Positions 1-10,282 of a stretch of 64,000 bases of DNA are shown one piece after another. Below the pieces are notes generated by a model. The model was not told where the DNA came from, made no database searches, and saw only the letters and a program-made list of their open reading frames with translations. This stretch comes from Theionarchaea archaeon (GTDB taxonomy: Archaea; Methanobacteriota_B; Thermococci; Methanofastidiosales; SZ-28-30), in assembly GCA_018992685.1 (NCBI GenBank), contig JACVGT010000001.1:1-64000 (forward strand), in the 5' to 3' direction. Within the stretch, counting starts at the first letter, position 1. Each line of letters opens with the position of its first letter. The translations under genes were made by a program, and so were the position numbers.

Positions 1-82
1 AGTCTGCAAGAAAGATCAGAGGAGGAGGAATCTTCTCCTGGTGCATCATCGAGATATTGGAAAGTTGGGAGTTGAATGACAT

Positions 83-340
83 ATGAGAGAAGAAATCCTA
101 AGAATCCTGACACAGAATACGGGAGATCTCCCAAAAAGAAGGCGACGCATGTATTCTATTCTGCATTTGCTATTTTTCAATATCCAATACATGGTCATTA
201 TATATATTGTTTTATTCTTGTCAAGGGAACATTCGTATCTCGGCATACTCGGGTTGGCCTATGCCTTTGTATTATTTGCCATGAGTGTCACTCTGGAGGT
301 AAGAAGGAATTCGGAACAGGACTCTGTACGAAACCTCTAG
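83..340 (+). CDS. small hypothetical membrane protein
   Basis: 85-aa ORF with two hydrophobic segments; GGGAG just upstream; no family recognised. Confidence 0.4.
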   Translation: MREEILRILTQNTGDLPKRRRRMYSILHLLFFNIQYMVIIYIVLFLSREHSYLGILGLAYAFVLFAMSVTLEVRRNSEQDSVRNL

Positions 341-571
341 ATGGAGCTTGGAAAATGGTATAAACTATGCCTTTGTTTGTTGAAGGCAACTGGGTCCAAA
401 TGCCTGATGGCTGGAAACCAGAGGACCTTGCTTCTGAAAACCTACCTGCCTATAAAGTGAGGAAGATCGTAAAATGGAGAAAGAACAAATGAAGAAGAAA
501 ATTTCCAAATTCTTGGCAGCTGACACTAGAGACATCCATGGGAATGGTCGCCACCTGAAACTGATGAACCT

Positions 572-1111
572 GTGACAATAGAGAAATATTCATATAGGGG
601 GAAGCAGAAAGGTGATTTTGTGAAACATTTGGTGATGATATCCTGGAATAGAGGGAATCGTACAGAAAAGATAGAGAGTATTCTGGAATCTCCTAGTCAG
701 TCAGGTCAGGCTGAGGTAGAATACTTGAAAGGGAAATCCTACTTATCCTGGCTCTTAGGAAGAGGAAAGGCGGAGCTATTACATGAGGATAATAATTGGA
801 ATCAGGTAAAAGTCTCATATAATGGGAAGTGTGCTCTAGACATTTTCGATTCAGCACTTGATGGACGTTATTTTGACAGCAGGTTTACGGAGGTTGAGAA
901 CCGGCACATTATGAATGCTCTTAAGAAAGCCGAAATTCTTACATGGCGGGACTACTACTCAGGGCATAAGCTGTTGAGACCTATTTTGTGGGTTTCAGCG
1001 ATGGCAGGGGCAATGGGGATGATCAAAGGATTGCTGGTTCATGATTTAATCAATGTTTTTCTTTTTGCTTGCATCACCATAGGTTTTGCATTTTTTATTC
1101 TTAGAAAATAA
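572..1111 (+). CDS. hypothetical membrane protein with two C-terminal TM helices
   Basis: 179-aa ORF with hydrophobic C-terminus; true start may be the GTG at ~620 after AGGTGA. Confidence 0.55.
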   Translation: MTIEKYSYRGKQKGDFVKHLVMISWNRGNRTEKIESILESPSQSGQAEVEYLKGKSYLSWLLGRGKAELLHEDNNWNQVKVSYNGKCALDIFDSALDGRYFDSRFTEVENRHIMNALKKAEILTWRDYYSGHKLLRPILWVSAMAGAMGMIKGLLVHDLINVFLFACITIGFAFFILRK

Positions 1112-1349
1112 TGGCTTCATGGAGGATTTACCTTCATGGTGTAGGAATGGGAGCAACCATAATTCCGCGTCTTTTGTGTATGTAGGTATTCTCACTCTGG
1201 TTCTTGTTGCTGTTTTTTTAGGTGACTTGATTTCAAGGATGGGATATTCATGGTAGATTTTCCGTAATCATCATTGAACATAGTCTGCGCAGGCTTTTCT
1301 TTAGACTTGAGAAGGGAAGTATTCTTATATCCACGTACAGACTGAGAGC

Positions 1350-2042
1350 ATGACTGGTCACATTGGAATTGTTGCATGCAGTGCGGAAGGAGCAGCTTTG
1401 TGCTACCGGACTATTTGCATGGAAGGTGCAGCAGTAATGGGAACCCATTCTCATCCTGAAATTACCATGCATACCTACCCCCTCCATGAGTACATGAAAC
1501 AGGTTGAGCATAACGACTGGGAAGGCGTAGGGGCTTTGATGATTTCTTCTGTCAAAAAACTGGCGCAGGTGGGTGCAGATTTTGCCATATGCCCTGATAA
1601 CACTATCCACCAAGCCCTCGACATTGTTATAAGAGATTCTCCCATACCCTGGATGCACATAGCAGAAGAAGTTGCCAAAGAGGCTCAGAGGAAATCTTTC
1701 ACCTGTTTAGGCATTTTAGGTACAAAATATCTTATGGAAGGACCTGTGTACAAAGTAGTAGAAAACATGGGAATGCAGTACATGATCCCTGAGAAAAAGG
1801 AGAGAACAGAAATAAATAACGTCATTTTCAAGGAATTAGTATATGGAGTGTTTCGTTCAGAGTCCCGTCACTACTTTAACAACGTAATCAAGACGTTGAA
1901 AGAGAAAGGATGCGATGCAGTCGTTCTGGGATGTACTGAAATACCGTTGCTCGTCATACCCGAGGAATCTCCATTACCCGTTCTGGATTCCACCAGGCTG
2001 CTGGCACGTGCTGCCCTGAAAAAAGCAGTCCAGGAATACTAA
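1350..2042 (+). CDS. aspartate/glutamate racemase family protein
   Basis: CPDNTIH, GILGT and LGCTEIP motifs; TATA-like CTTATAT at ~1324. Confidence 0.85.
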   Translation: MTGHIGIVACSAEGAALCYRTICMEGAAVMGTHSHPEITMHTYPLHEYMKQVEHNDWEGVGALMISSVKKLAQVGADFAICPDNTIHQALDIVIRDSPIPWMHIAEEVAKEAQRKSFTCLGILGTKYLMEGPVYKVVENMGMQYMIPEKKERTEINNVIFKELVYGVFRSESRHYFNNVIKTLKEKGCDAVVLGCTEIPLLVIPEESPLPVLDSTRLLARAALKKAVQEY

Positions 2043-2047
2043 CCTAC

Positions 2048-2683
2048 CTACTCCTCAAATTTCACAATGACTTCTTTCACATCCCACAGGGGTTCGATCT
2101 TATCCTTCACATCTTCTTTGATAGCTGCAGCAAATTGATGGTTCTCAGGCAGATCAACAGTAACAGTCACTCTGCCCTCTTTGACTTCTACTTTGATAAT
2201 CAACTCTGTTCTTACCACATCCAGCCCCGTCAGAGGATTCATTACGTGTCGTAATCTCTTTCTTACAATATCCTCTGTGGTGGGCACTTTTTCCTTTACT
2301 AGCCCATGTTTTTCCTCGTAGTCCTGGATGGCAGCTCTCAGGCCTTCGACAGCCAGGACAGAGCAGTGAGCCTTTATAGGGGGCAGCCCACCCAAAGCCT
2401 CTGATGCATCCTTCCAGCTCAAGTTCTTGGCTTCCTCCAGCGTCTTCCCCTTGGCCAGCTCAGTAATAATGGAACCTGTGGCAATATTGGATGCACATCC
2501 ATAGGACTCGAACTTGATATCAGTAATCCTCCTGGTCTCTTCATCCACCTTTATGTAGACAGAAACCATGTCCCCACAGGCAGGGGATCCTTCTGTGGAC
2601 TTCCCATCCGGGTCTTCTATCCTCCCCACATTCCGTGGGTTCTTGAAATGTTCAATAACCTTGTCAGTATATACTGTCTTCAT
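2048..2683 (-). CDS. iscU: IscU/NifU-N Fe-S scaffold fused to a C-terminal DUF59/SufT-like domain
   Basis: YTDKVIEHFKNPRNVG, PACGD, YGCAS and HCSVLA (three scaffold Cys); extra ~75-aa domain starting LRHVMNPLTGLDVV. Confidence 0.9.
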   Translation of the reverse strand: MKTVYTDKVIEHFKNPRNVGRIEDPDGKSTEGSPACGDMVSVYIKVDEETRRITDIKFESYGCASNIATGSIITELAKGKTLEEAKNLSWKDASEALGGLPPIKAHCSVLAVEGLRAAIQDYEEKHGLVKEKVPTTEDIVRKRLRHVMNPLTGLDVVRTELIIKVEVKEGRVTVTVDLPENHQFAAAIKEDVKDKIEPLWDVKEVIVKFEE

Positions 2684-2687
2684 GATA

Positions 2688-3854
2688 TCAACCTCCTTTC
2701 CCCAGGGGGCTTATTTTTCTTAATGACTGGACCACATCAGATACAGCTTCCACCACAGCACCCACATCCTTTCCCGTGTTATACCTACCACAGGTAAACC
2801 GTACAGAGCCGTGAGCCCTTTCATGATCACCTCCAATGCCCATGATGACATGACTGGCTTCCAGTGACCTGCTGAAGCAGGCAGAACCCGTACTGACGGC
2901 AAATCCGCGCATGTCCAGGTGCAACGTAATGGATTCCCCTTCTACATAATGGAACGTAACATTGGCATTCTGGGGCGTTCTCTTGTGCCGGTGGCCATTC
3001 AACAGGGTATCTGGCACCTCTGCGAGGAGCCGGTCAATGAGCGTGTCCCGCATTCTCTTCAATCGTTCATTCTCCTGAGGAGTCACCAACTCCACCGCTC
3101 TGGCAAATCCCACAGCCCCGGGGATATTCTCCAGACCTGCCCTCACATCGAACTCCTGAAACCCGCCGTCCATGATCTTATCCAGAGGAGTCTCCTTCCT
3201 GATGTACAAGGCACCAATCCCTTTGGGGCCGTGAAGCGTATGGCAGCTCAAGGTGACCAGATCCACGGGTATCACAGAAACATCCAGGGGAACCCGGGTG
3301 AACGTATGGGTAGCATCAGTGTGGAAGATCACATCATGCTCCTTGCACATCTTCCCAATCTCTTTGATATCCTGGACAGTGCCGATTTCCTGGTTCGCAT
3401 GCTGGATGGACACCAGAATAGTCTCATCAGTAAAAGCATCTTCAAGAGCCTCACTTCCCACTAACCCAGTTTCATCAACCGCCAAGTACGTCACTTCAAA
3501 CCCCTGCTTCTCCAGCGTTCGTGCACTATTCAGCACTGGGAAATCCTCGATTCCAGATACAATGATGTGGTTCCCCTTCTTCTTCCTTTTCAAAGCCTGG
3601 GCACATCCCTTTACGGCAAGGTTCGAGGACTCAGTACTCCCTGACGTGAACACCAGTTCCTCACCTGCCCCATTGAGCACAGAAGCAATACTCTCCCGTG
3701 CCGCATCCAGGGCTTCCTTTGCTTCAATCCCGAGAGAATAACCAAATTCGGATGTAGCCACTGCATAGACATCAAAGAAATACGGGTTCATGGCCTGGGC
3801 CACCTTCTCATCCATGCGGGTGGCTGCTGCATTGTCCAAATAAACCAGATCCAT
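2688..3854 (-). CDS. iscS: IscS/NifS-family protein lacking the PLP Schiff-base lysine (probable pseudo-desulfurase)
   Basis: YLDNAAAT, FTSGSTES, NQEIGT and STGSAC; SCHTLHGPKG in place of SGHKxxGPKG. Confidence 0.9.
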   Translation of the reverse strand: MDLVYLDNAAATRMDEKVAQAMNPYFFDVYAVATSEFGYSLGIEAKEALDAARESIASVLNGAGEELVFTSGSTESSNLAVKGCAQALKRKKKGNHIIVSGIEDFPVLNSARTLEKQGFEVTYLAVDETGLVGSEALEDAFTDETILVSIQHANQEIGTVQDIKEIGKMCKEHDVIFHTDATHTFTRVPLDVSVIPVDLVTLSCHTLHGPKGIGALYIRKETPLDKIMDGGFQEFDVRAGLENIPGAVGFARAVELVTPQENERLKRMRDTLIDRLLAEVPDTLLNGHRHKRTPQNANVTFHYVEGESITLHLDMRGFAVSTGSACFSRSLEASHVIMGIGGDHERAHGSVRFTCGRYNTGKDVGAVVEAVSDVVQSLRKISPLGKGG

Positions 3855-3863
3855 ACTACCACC

Positions 3864-4280
3864 TCAGATAAATAACGTTATCTCCGATTCTCTGGCTTCC
3901 TTTACATAGGTACCCACTGCACAGTATTCTGAGATCAAGTCCTGTCTCAAATCCTCCTTTCTTATGCCCATAATCTCCATGGTCATATCGCAGGCAAACA
4001 CCTTTCCACCAAGGTCGATGAAATCCTGCATCAGTCCCTCCAGAGTACGTACGTTAGCCTGTCTCATCTTCCTCTTCACCATCCACCTTCCCAGCCCCAG
4101 AAAATTCATCCGGGATAAAGAACCCGTCTCCAGTTCCCCCTTTTTCAACCGCATCAGCCCCCAGAAGGTAAAATACAGTGAGACATCCATGCCCATGGCC
4201 AGGGCACCATTCCCAATAATTAAGGCACTGTACACCTTGTCCAGGTCTCCACTGTGAACAACTATAGTTGCTTTGTTCAT
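3864..4280 (-). CDS. DsrE/DsrF/DrsH-like (DsrE2-type) sulfur relay protein
   Basis: YFTFWGL and ACDMTM motifs, C-terminal TLFI. Confidence 0.85.
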   Translation of the reverse strand: MNKATIVVHSGDLDKVYSALIIGNGALAMGMDVSLYFTFWGLMRLKKGELETGSLSRMNFLGLGRWMVKRKMRQANVRTLEGLMQDFIDLGGKVFACDMTMEIMGIRKEDLRQDLISEYCAVGTYVKEARESEITLFI

Positions 4281-4291
4281 GATTTCTCCTC

Positions 4292-4516
4292 CTATCTTAT
4301 TTTGATCACGATTTTCCAGGTGTCTCCCTCTTCCTTAATTTCCAGCACCTCATGTCCCTGGGCTTCTACTGCCATGGGTATTTCCTTCTTGGAAGCAGGA
4401 TGCGTCCCAGTTACCTCAATAATGTCTCCTGATGATGCTTTCCGGATTGCCTTTCGGGTTTCAACTAATGGAACAGGGCATGTCTCCCCGACACAGTCCA
4501 CTTTAATGGTCGTCAT
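4292..4516 (-). CDS. tusA: TusA/SirA sulfur carrier
   Basis: VDCVGETCPVP (CPxP); start placed at MTTIK after GAGGAGG. Confidence 0.9.
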   Translation of the reverse strand: MTTIKVDCVGETCPVPLVETRKAIRKASSGDIIEVTGTHPASKKEIPMAVEAQGHEVLEIKEEGDTWKIVIKIR

Positions 4517-4734
4517 ACTAATCCTCCTCATTCTATGTGGGTTCGATGAATATGAACTTTTCCAGTGTTCTCACTACATCTCACATGAGAAGTGAACATA
4601 CTTAAAAGTGGCGGATATTTCCAAAAGGTGAATTATACAGATATCTTATAAAGAATAGACTCCCCCATGATACAACCAGTCTTAAGACCACACGGGATGT
4701 TAGTATTCCATCTTTTGCTGTTGACAGGCCCCGA

Positions 4735-5210
4735 CTACTTTCGTATGTTAACTACGCTGGCATAGGTGGCTTTTTGCAGTTCCATGGGTGATAGTCTGAT
4801 GAGAGAGGTTTCGCTCCCCCCTCCACCGTATACACTTTCCTTTTCCATGACTGCAGGATCAATGAGAACGGTGGCTCCGAACCCGAAGGGAGGAACACCA
4901 CCAGCAGGATATCCCGTTATTTCCAGCACTCCTCAGGTTTTGCCATCCGGAGGGATTCACCCGATACTCCCATTGCTTCAGCCACACGGGAGGTACTGAT
5001 TCTGTGGGTTCCCTTGACGATTGCCACAATCACGTTCCCTTCTCGATCTATCATGCACATGCTCTTGATAAAATCATCAGGAGAAGCATGTACTGCCTGT
5101 GCTGCCTCTGTGACAGAATGGCATGATTCGGAGAATCTCAGATGCTTTCCTTTGATATGGTGTTCCTTCAGGTAGGCCTTTATCTTTTCTTCACATTGAT
5201 GGTGAGTGAT
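4735..5210 (-). pseudogene. YbaK/EbsC aminoacyl-tRNA deacylase, frameshifted
   Basis: Upstream frame reads CHSVTEAAQAV..FIKSM..LRMAKPEE; after a 1-nt loss near 4930 it continues VLEITGYPAGGVPPFG..VYGGGG; ATC sits where the start codon should be after GAGGTGAT. Confidence 0.8.
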
Positions 5211-5219
5211 GCGATCACC

Positions 5220-6032
5220 TCATAGGGACTTGCTTCTGATGGGCGTTCCCAGGTACTCTCGAATGTTGTAGATATGTTCTCTTTCATGTTCCAGGAATCG
5301 TCTCATCACTTTGCGGGCTGTCCATTTCTCGTGCGGGTGGGCTGTATATGCCTCCTCAGTGAGTATGATGTTCCCCAACTGTGGAATCATATCCTGTAGT
5401 GTCTTGCAGGATGCAGTTCTCACGGTCTGCAGCCTCTGAAACACGGGCAACGAGTCCACGGCCTCGACAGGTAGCCCTGCATGAATTTCATACAGGGTGT
5501 GTGCTTCAGGACCCATCCGGGATAGGTAGAATTCTTCAGCATTACATATGTGGTGCAGGATATCAGTGATGCTGCGCAGTTTTCCCTCTGGTTTCATGGT
5601 GAGCTGATCCTCCGGGAGGTCCTGGACAATAGTGAGGAGATCGTCCCTGTTGTAGCTCATGAGCGTGACGAAATACTGGAGGTCTTCTGGAGTCACAGGG
5701 GTCATATCATAGTGAAAGAGCGCCACCTCGCCTCCTGACTCCCCCAGCCCGGGGACATTGTGCACTTCTTCAGCAACTACAAGGGCCATCTCATTACAGA
5801 CGGGCACCTGTTCTTGATGGTTGCCCAGCCAGTCCATGTGGTAGTAAACCTCCCGTTCCAACTCTTCAAGAAGCTCCTGGTTCTCCCCTCCCCATGCAAT
5901 GGTTCCAGGGAACTCAATGCACCGTCCATACCACGTTCTGGTAGTCCCCTGTTCAATGGCGACCTCCACGTACATAGGCACTCTTTGGACAGGGCACATA
6001 TAAGGTTCACTCCAGCGCCTCCTGCGGTTCAT
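5220..6032 (-). CDS. DinB-like protein with HicB-like N-terminus
   Basis: ILHHICNAEEFY and WTARKVMRRFLEHEREH DinB His motifs; N-terminal EFPGTIAWG; true start probably ~5975. Confidence 0.75.
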   Translation of the reverse strand: MNRRRRWSEPYMCPVQRVPMYVEVAIEQGTTRTWYGRCIEFPGTIAWGGENQELLEELEREVYYHMDWLGNHQEQVPVCNEMALVVAEEVHNVPGLGESGGEVALFHYDMTPVTPEDLQYFVTLMSYNRDDLLTIVQDLPEDQLTMKPEGKLRSITDILHHICNAEEFYLSRMGPEAHTLYEIHAGLPVEAVDSLPVFQRLQTVRTASCKTLQDMIPQLGNIILTEEAYTAHPHEKWTARKVMRRFLEHEREHIYNIREYLGTPIRSKSL

Positions 6033-6129
6033 GAAGAGGGTCTGAGCTTACAACCTTTCTCTGCTGGAAAAACTTATATTCCCTGACACCATAACAAGTG
6101 TGGAGCATGAGGTTCAGAAGGTGTGATGT

Positions 6130-7212
6130 GTGTCTTCAGAAGTTAAGGAAAGGGTGGTTTCATCTTTTTTCGGAACCAGGTATTTCACTTTGCTGGATCT
6201 AGAGATCAAGCAGCGTATCTCTGTGAATGGTCTTTGTTCCAGACAGGATTTGGGCAATAACCTTTGTCAAAAGGGATATGCAGAAGAAGATGTTGAAAAG
6301 GAACTCATAAGGCAAGGTCACTGCTCTACAATACGCTATCTTCCTGATAAGGATACTTACGTCAGCTTGGACATGGGAAAGGCCCTGTGGATGGATATTT
6401 GCCATCGTATCAATGAACAGGACCAACTGCTGGCAGGCAGCCTGTATTACAGAAAAGGATTCATCACTCTGGATGTATACCGCACAGATTTTCAGTCCCC
6501 CCAGCTGAGAAAGGCGGCCATATCTTCCGGACTGCGTCGAGCCCCTGTCATGAGGCGGACCGGCAGGTTCCAGCCAGGAGACGCTTCCCGCTGCTTAAAG
6601 GGTCTCTTGCACGTGTTGCCGGAAGCTGCCTGTGGGCCAGGAGACTATGCAGGAGTTCTCCAGAAGACAGGAGAAAAAATAGGTCGCAAACCACCAAAAA
6701 CACCGTGGGTGTGGCTGGCTGTTCACCCTGTTATAGAGGTAGATCTTCCTCCGTGGAGAAAGACTGTCTTGCGGGCGCTTTTCTCCCTAACCAATGGGCC
6801 TGCCACCTGGAGGGGAACTCCTGTCTCTCTCTACGAGCTGACTGGATATCTGGATGCCTCTCTTTCTGATATTGAGGAACCATTAACATATTTTCTGGGG
6901 ACGGGAATCATCCAGACTGCAGAGAATGATTATACTCCCACAGAGGAGGGCTATGCTTTACTGTCAGGGATTTTCAGGCCTCGTCACAGGGTCACGTTTG
7001 CAGTGACCCGCTGTGGACGACTTCTGTACCGGTTGGAGGTCAGTAGTCCCAGTTTTCTCTGTCCTGAAGTCCTGGATTTTCTTGTTGAAGCTGGTGGCTG
7101 CCCACATGAGAGCAGAGGTACACCCGTCGTCTTCTCGCCTGGCAGGAGATCCCACGTCATGGAGGTCATGGAAGGCCTCATGAAAACGATAGCGGCCATT
7201 GAGGATCGCTGA
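6130..7212 (+). CDS. hypothetical protein, possible winged-helix segments
   Basis: 360-aa ORF; LYELTGYLDASLSDIEEPLTYFLGTGII resembles a wHTH. Confidence 0.6.
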   Translation: MSSEVKERVVSSFFGTRYFTLLDLEIKQRISVNGLCSRQDLGNNLCQKGYAEEDVEKELIRQGHCSTIRYLPDKDTYVSLDMGKALWMDICHRINEQDQLLAGSLYYRKGFITLDVYRTDFQSPQLRKAAISSGLRRAPVMRRTGRFQPGDASRCLKGLLHVLPEAACGPGDYAGVLQKTGEKIGRKPPKTPWVWLAVHPVIEVDLPPWRKTVLRALFSLTNGPATWRGTPVSLYELTGYLDASLSDIEEPLTYFLGTGIIQTAENDYTPTEEGYALLSGIFRPRHRVTFAVTRCGRLLYRLEVSSPSFLCPEVLDFLVEAGGCPHESRGTPVVFSPGRRSHVMEVMEGLMKTIAAIEDR

Positions 7213-7256
7213 TCATCCGCAGAATTTAAGAAGGAGAAAAGCACAACCAAGGTGCC

Positions 7257-7811
7257 ATGAAGAACGATCTCCCCCTGCACGTCAAAGGTGACCCTGATTA
7301 TGACCATCAGGATGCAACTGCGGCCGTAGCTCTGCTTTTGGCCTCCAACTCTGATCTTGAAATACTCCTTGTTGAACGCGTTAATAGTCCGGGAGATCCC
7401 TGGTCAGGACATATAGCTTTTCCCGGAGGGAAACGCAGCCCTTCCGATGCGACCTTGAAAGATACGGTAGTGAGAGAAGTAGCTGAGGAAGTTGGGATTG
7501 AGATACATGATCACGAGTTCCGTGGAGTTCTCCGCCCATTCATTTCACCACCCAAACCAGACATGAAGATCCTGCCCTTTGTCATACTCCTTGACGAAAG
7601 ACCTCAAGTTACCCTCAATAGGGAAGAACTGCAGTCCTTCATGTGGAGTTCTGTGAACCACCTCCATGAGTATGAGGGGACGACACGAACTTTTGTTGGA
7701 GAAGTCCCGGCCTTCACTATTGGTGAATATGTAGTCTGGGGGTTGACCTACAGGATTCTAACCCATTTTCTGACGGTACTGCACATGTCGGGACAGCAAC
7801 CCCGTGAATGA
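7257..7811 (+). CDS. Nudix hydrolase, CoA pyrophosphatase subfamily
   Basis: WSGHIAFPGG..REVAEEVG Nudix box and VWGLT. Confidence 0.85.
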   Translation: MKNDLPLHVKGDPDYDHQDATAAVALLLASNSDLEILLVERVNSPGDPWSGHIAFPGGKRSPSDATLKDTVVREVAEEVGIEIHDHEFRGVLRPFISPPKPDMKILPFVILLDERPQVTLNREELQSFMWSSVNHLHEYEGTTRTFVGEVPAFTIGEYVVWGLTYRILTHFLTVLHMSGQQPRE

Positions 7812-7919
7812 ATCCCGCCATTCCTCTTCTGGTTTGTATCTTCTGTTCTTATTTATCCACCGAGTTTCGAAAGGGTTGCTATCAGATAGGTTCTTAAGAG
7901 TGTCAAAGGTACAGGATGC

Positions 7920-8825
7920 ATGAGATTTCAGGTCCTGTATTTGATTTTGCTTTCTCCCATTGTTGCAGAGCTAGTATCAGGGTCCACGCCCTTTTTCACG
8001 TTCTTGAATCCTGTAGTGCTCATGGTGTATGTGGGATTCTATGGGATGGGCTGCCTTATTATTCGAGAGGTTGCCGCTCGTAAATCATTGTGTTATAGTT
8101 CAGTCTTACTGCTGGGAGCTGCTTTTGGTGTTCTGGAGGAAGGAATTCTCTTGAGGAGCTGGTTTGATCCTCACTGGATGGGTGCCCAGATTACGTCTCA
8201 GGCATTGAGGATCTACGGGGTGAGTGTTCTGCAGCCCTTTGCCAACGTGGTGTACCATGCTGTGGTGAGTATTGCAACTCCCATAGTCTTGATGAACGCA
8301 TTACATTCAAGAGAACCCTGGTTGTCCAGGAGGTCTCTCTTCCTGGCAGGGGTGCTCTGTGCTGGATCTGCTGTACTGCTTCATAGATTCAACGACTATC
8401 AGGTTGCGGGATGGCAGTACTTGATGGGGATTCTGTTGTTTGGGATCTTCGTGGCGTCAGGAATCAGGGGAGTCAGTATTCCGCCGGGGATAAAGAAAAG
8501 GAGCCCTCAGGTTCTCTGGGCCATGGGATCTGTCTTTGTGGTTTTGCTCTTCTTCATCTTTTACACTCTAAGCGCTGCAGGGGTATCCTGGGCAGTTATT
8601 CTGGTGTGTGCCTTCTCTCTCTATGTTGGCTATGCTGTACTGTATGCTGGAACTCGGTTCGAGCCGGCCCATTTTTTTGCCAGTGCGTCAGGGATACTCA
8701 CGGGGCTGGTCTTTATTGTGGTTGTCATGGCCAGACGTGATCCCTCCAAGATTCTCAATGTGGTGGCAGCACTCCTTTTGGTGATGTATCTGGTGGTCCT
8801 ATACAGGAGGCATTTCAAAGTATAA
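7920..8825 (+). CDS. multi-pass membrane protein
   Basis: ~8-9 hydrophobic helices; LLGAAFGVLEEG and YHAVVSI motifs. Confidence 0.75.
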   Translation: MRFQVLYLILLSPIVAELVSGSTPFFTFLNPVVLMVYVGFYGMGCLIIREVAARKSLCYSSVLLLGAAFGVLEEGILLRSWFDPHWMGAQITSQALRIYGVSVLQPFANVVYHAVVSIATPIVLMNALHSREPWLSRRSLFLAGVLCAGSAVLLHRFNDYQVAGWQYLMGILLFGIFVASGIRGVSIPPGIKKRSPQVLWAMGSVFVVLLFFIFYTLSAAGVSWAVILVCAFSLYVGYAVLYAGTRFEPAHFFASASGILTGLVFIVVVMARRDPSKILNVVAALLLVMYLVVLYRRHFKV

Positions 8826-8895
8826 GGTATTCTGGTGTCGGTAGCACGTGAATGGGAAGAGAGAAGATTTTTAAGTACTCTTGGGAAGGAGAGTC

Positions 8896-10149
8896 ATGGT
8901 CTGTATTGAGAATGTCAGGTTTCTGGATGGGTCTGTGAAGCATATCGTCACGGAGGGAACCTTTATTGAGTCAGTGGGAGAGAAGAAGGACCGTTCTGAC
9001 AGTGTTATTGATGGGACGGGGTACCTGGTGATACCCGGGCTGGTCAATACGCACACGCATCTTGCTATGACGTTATTACGAGGGCATGGTGATGATCTGC
9101 CTTTACAGGAATGGCTGGAAACGAAGGTGTGGCCTGCGGAGAAGGGGCTGACGGGAGAAGCTGTGTACTACGGCAGCTTGCTGGGCGCAATGGAGATGGT
9201 GAAATCCGGGACGACGTGTTTTGTTGATATGTACTTTTTCTGCAGAGACGTTGCGCGGGCAGTGGAGGAAATTGGCATGAGAGGGTATCTGGGATCAGGT
9301 ATTTTTGATTTTCCTTCACCTGAGTCAGATGATCCTTTTGAGACTGCAGTGAAGTTTATAGAAGAGGCTAAGGGGAAGAGTGAGCTGGTGGTCCCGGTCA
9401 TGGCCCCCCATGCGTTGTACACGTGTTCTGAGGAGACCTTTCACAAGTGTCTGGAGGTTGCGAGGAAATATGATTTGATCTTCCACACGCATGTCAGTGA
9501 GACGGAGAGGGAAGTCAGGGAATTCGTGGATCAGAAGGGGACGACACCGGTTGAATTCCTGTATGAGGGAGGGTTTCTGGACGAGAAGTTTCTTGCTGCC
9601 CACTGTGTGTGGCTGAATGACAGAGAACTGGATGTGTTTGCTGAAAAAGGAGTAAAGGTTTCTCACAATCCAGTATCAAACATGAAGATTGCTGCAGGGA
9701 TCATGCGACTACCTGACATGGTGAAGAGAGGGATTGCTGTTTCTCTGGCCACCGACGGGGCTGCCTCGAATAATAGTCTGGATATGATTGAGGTCATGAA
9801 GGTGTGTGCATTGCTGCATAAGGTTCATGCGGGTGATCCCACTGTGGTGACTGCCGGGAATGTATTGCGGATGGGCACGGTAAATGGTGCAGAATCTCTG
9901 GGATTGAAGGCAGGGGTCATTGCAGAGGGATATCTGGCTGATTTGGTGTTAGTCGACGTGAAGAAGCCAAATGCTGTTCCCTATCATGATTTTACATCCA
10001 ATATGGTGTATGCTATGCAGAGTGGGAATGTGGATACTGTGATCTGTAATGGAAAGGTTATTATGGAGAACCGACAGTTCTTGGGTGTTGATGAAGGGGA
10101 AATACTGGAAAAGGCAGAGGAAGTTGCTCAAGATATGGTTGCTGGGTGA
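8896..10149 (+). CDS. mtaD: MTA/SAH-deaminase-like amidohydrolase
   Basis: PGLVNTHTH, APHALY, HTHVSET, AHCVWL, SHNPVSN and ATDGAASNN. Confidence 0.85.
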   Translation: MVCIENVRFLDGSVKHIVTEGTFIESVGEKKDRSDSVIDGTGYLVIPGLVNTHTHLAMTLLRGHGDDLPLQEWLETKVWPAEKGLTGEAVYYGSLLGAMEMVKSGTTCFVDMYFFCRDVARAVEEIGMRGYLGSGIFDFPSPESDDPFETAVKFIEEAKGKSELVVPVMAPHALYTCSEETFHKCLEVARKYDLIFHTHVSETEREVREFVDQKGTTPVEFLYEGGFLDEKFLAAHCVWLNDRELDVFAEKGVKVSHNPVSNMKIAAGIMRLPDMVKRGIAVSLATDGAASNNSLDMIEVMKVCALLHKVHAGDPTVVTAGNVLRMGTVNGAESLGLKAGVIAEGYLADLVLVDVKKPNAVPYHDFTSNMVYAMQSGNVDTVICNGKVIMENRQFLGVDEGEILEKAEEVAQDMVAG

Positions 10150-10282
10150 ACTCTCCCTCCAGAATTGCAGACGTAGTCGACAAGAAGAAAGACAAGGACT
10201 AGCTTAATTCTTCAGGACTAAATGGTTCACAACCCATTTCTGGTTCAAGAACATTCGTAGAAAGAAACCTTTTTAAGACTGA

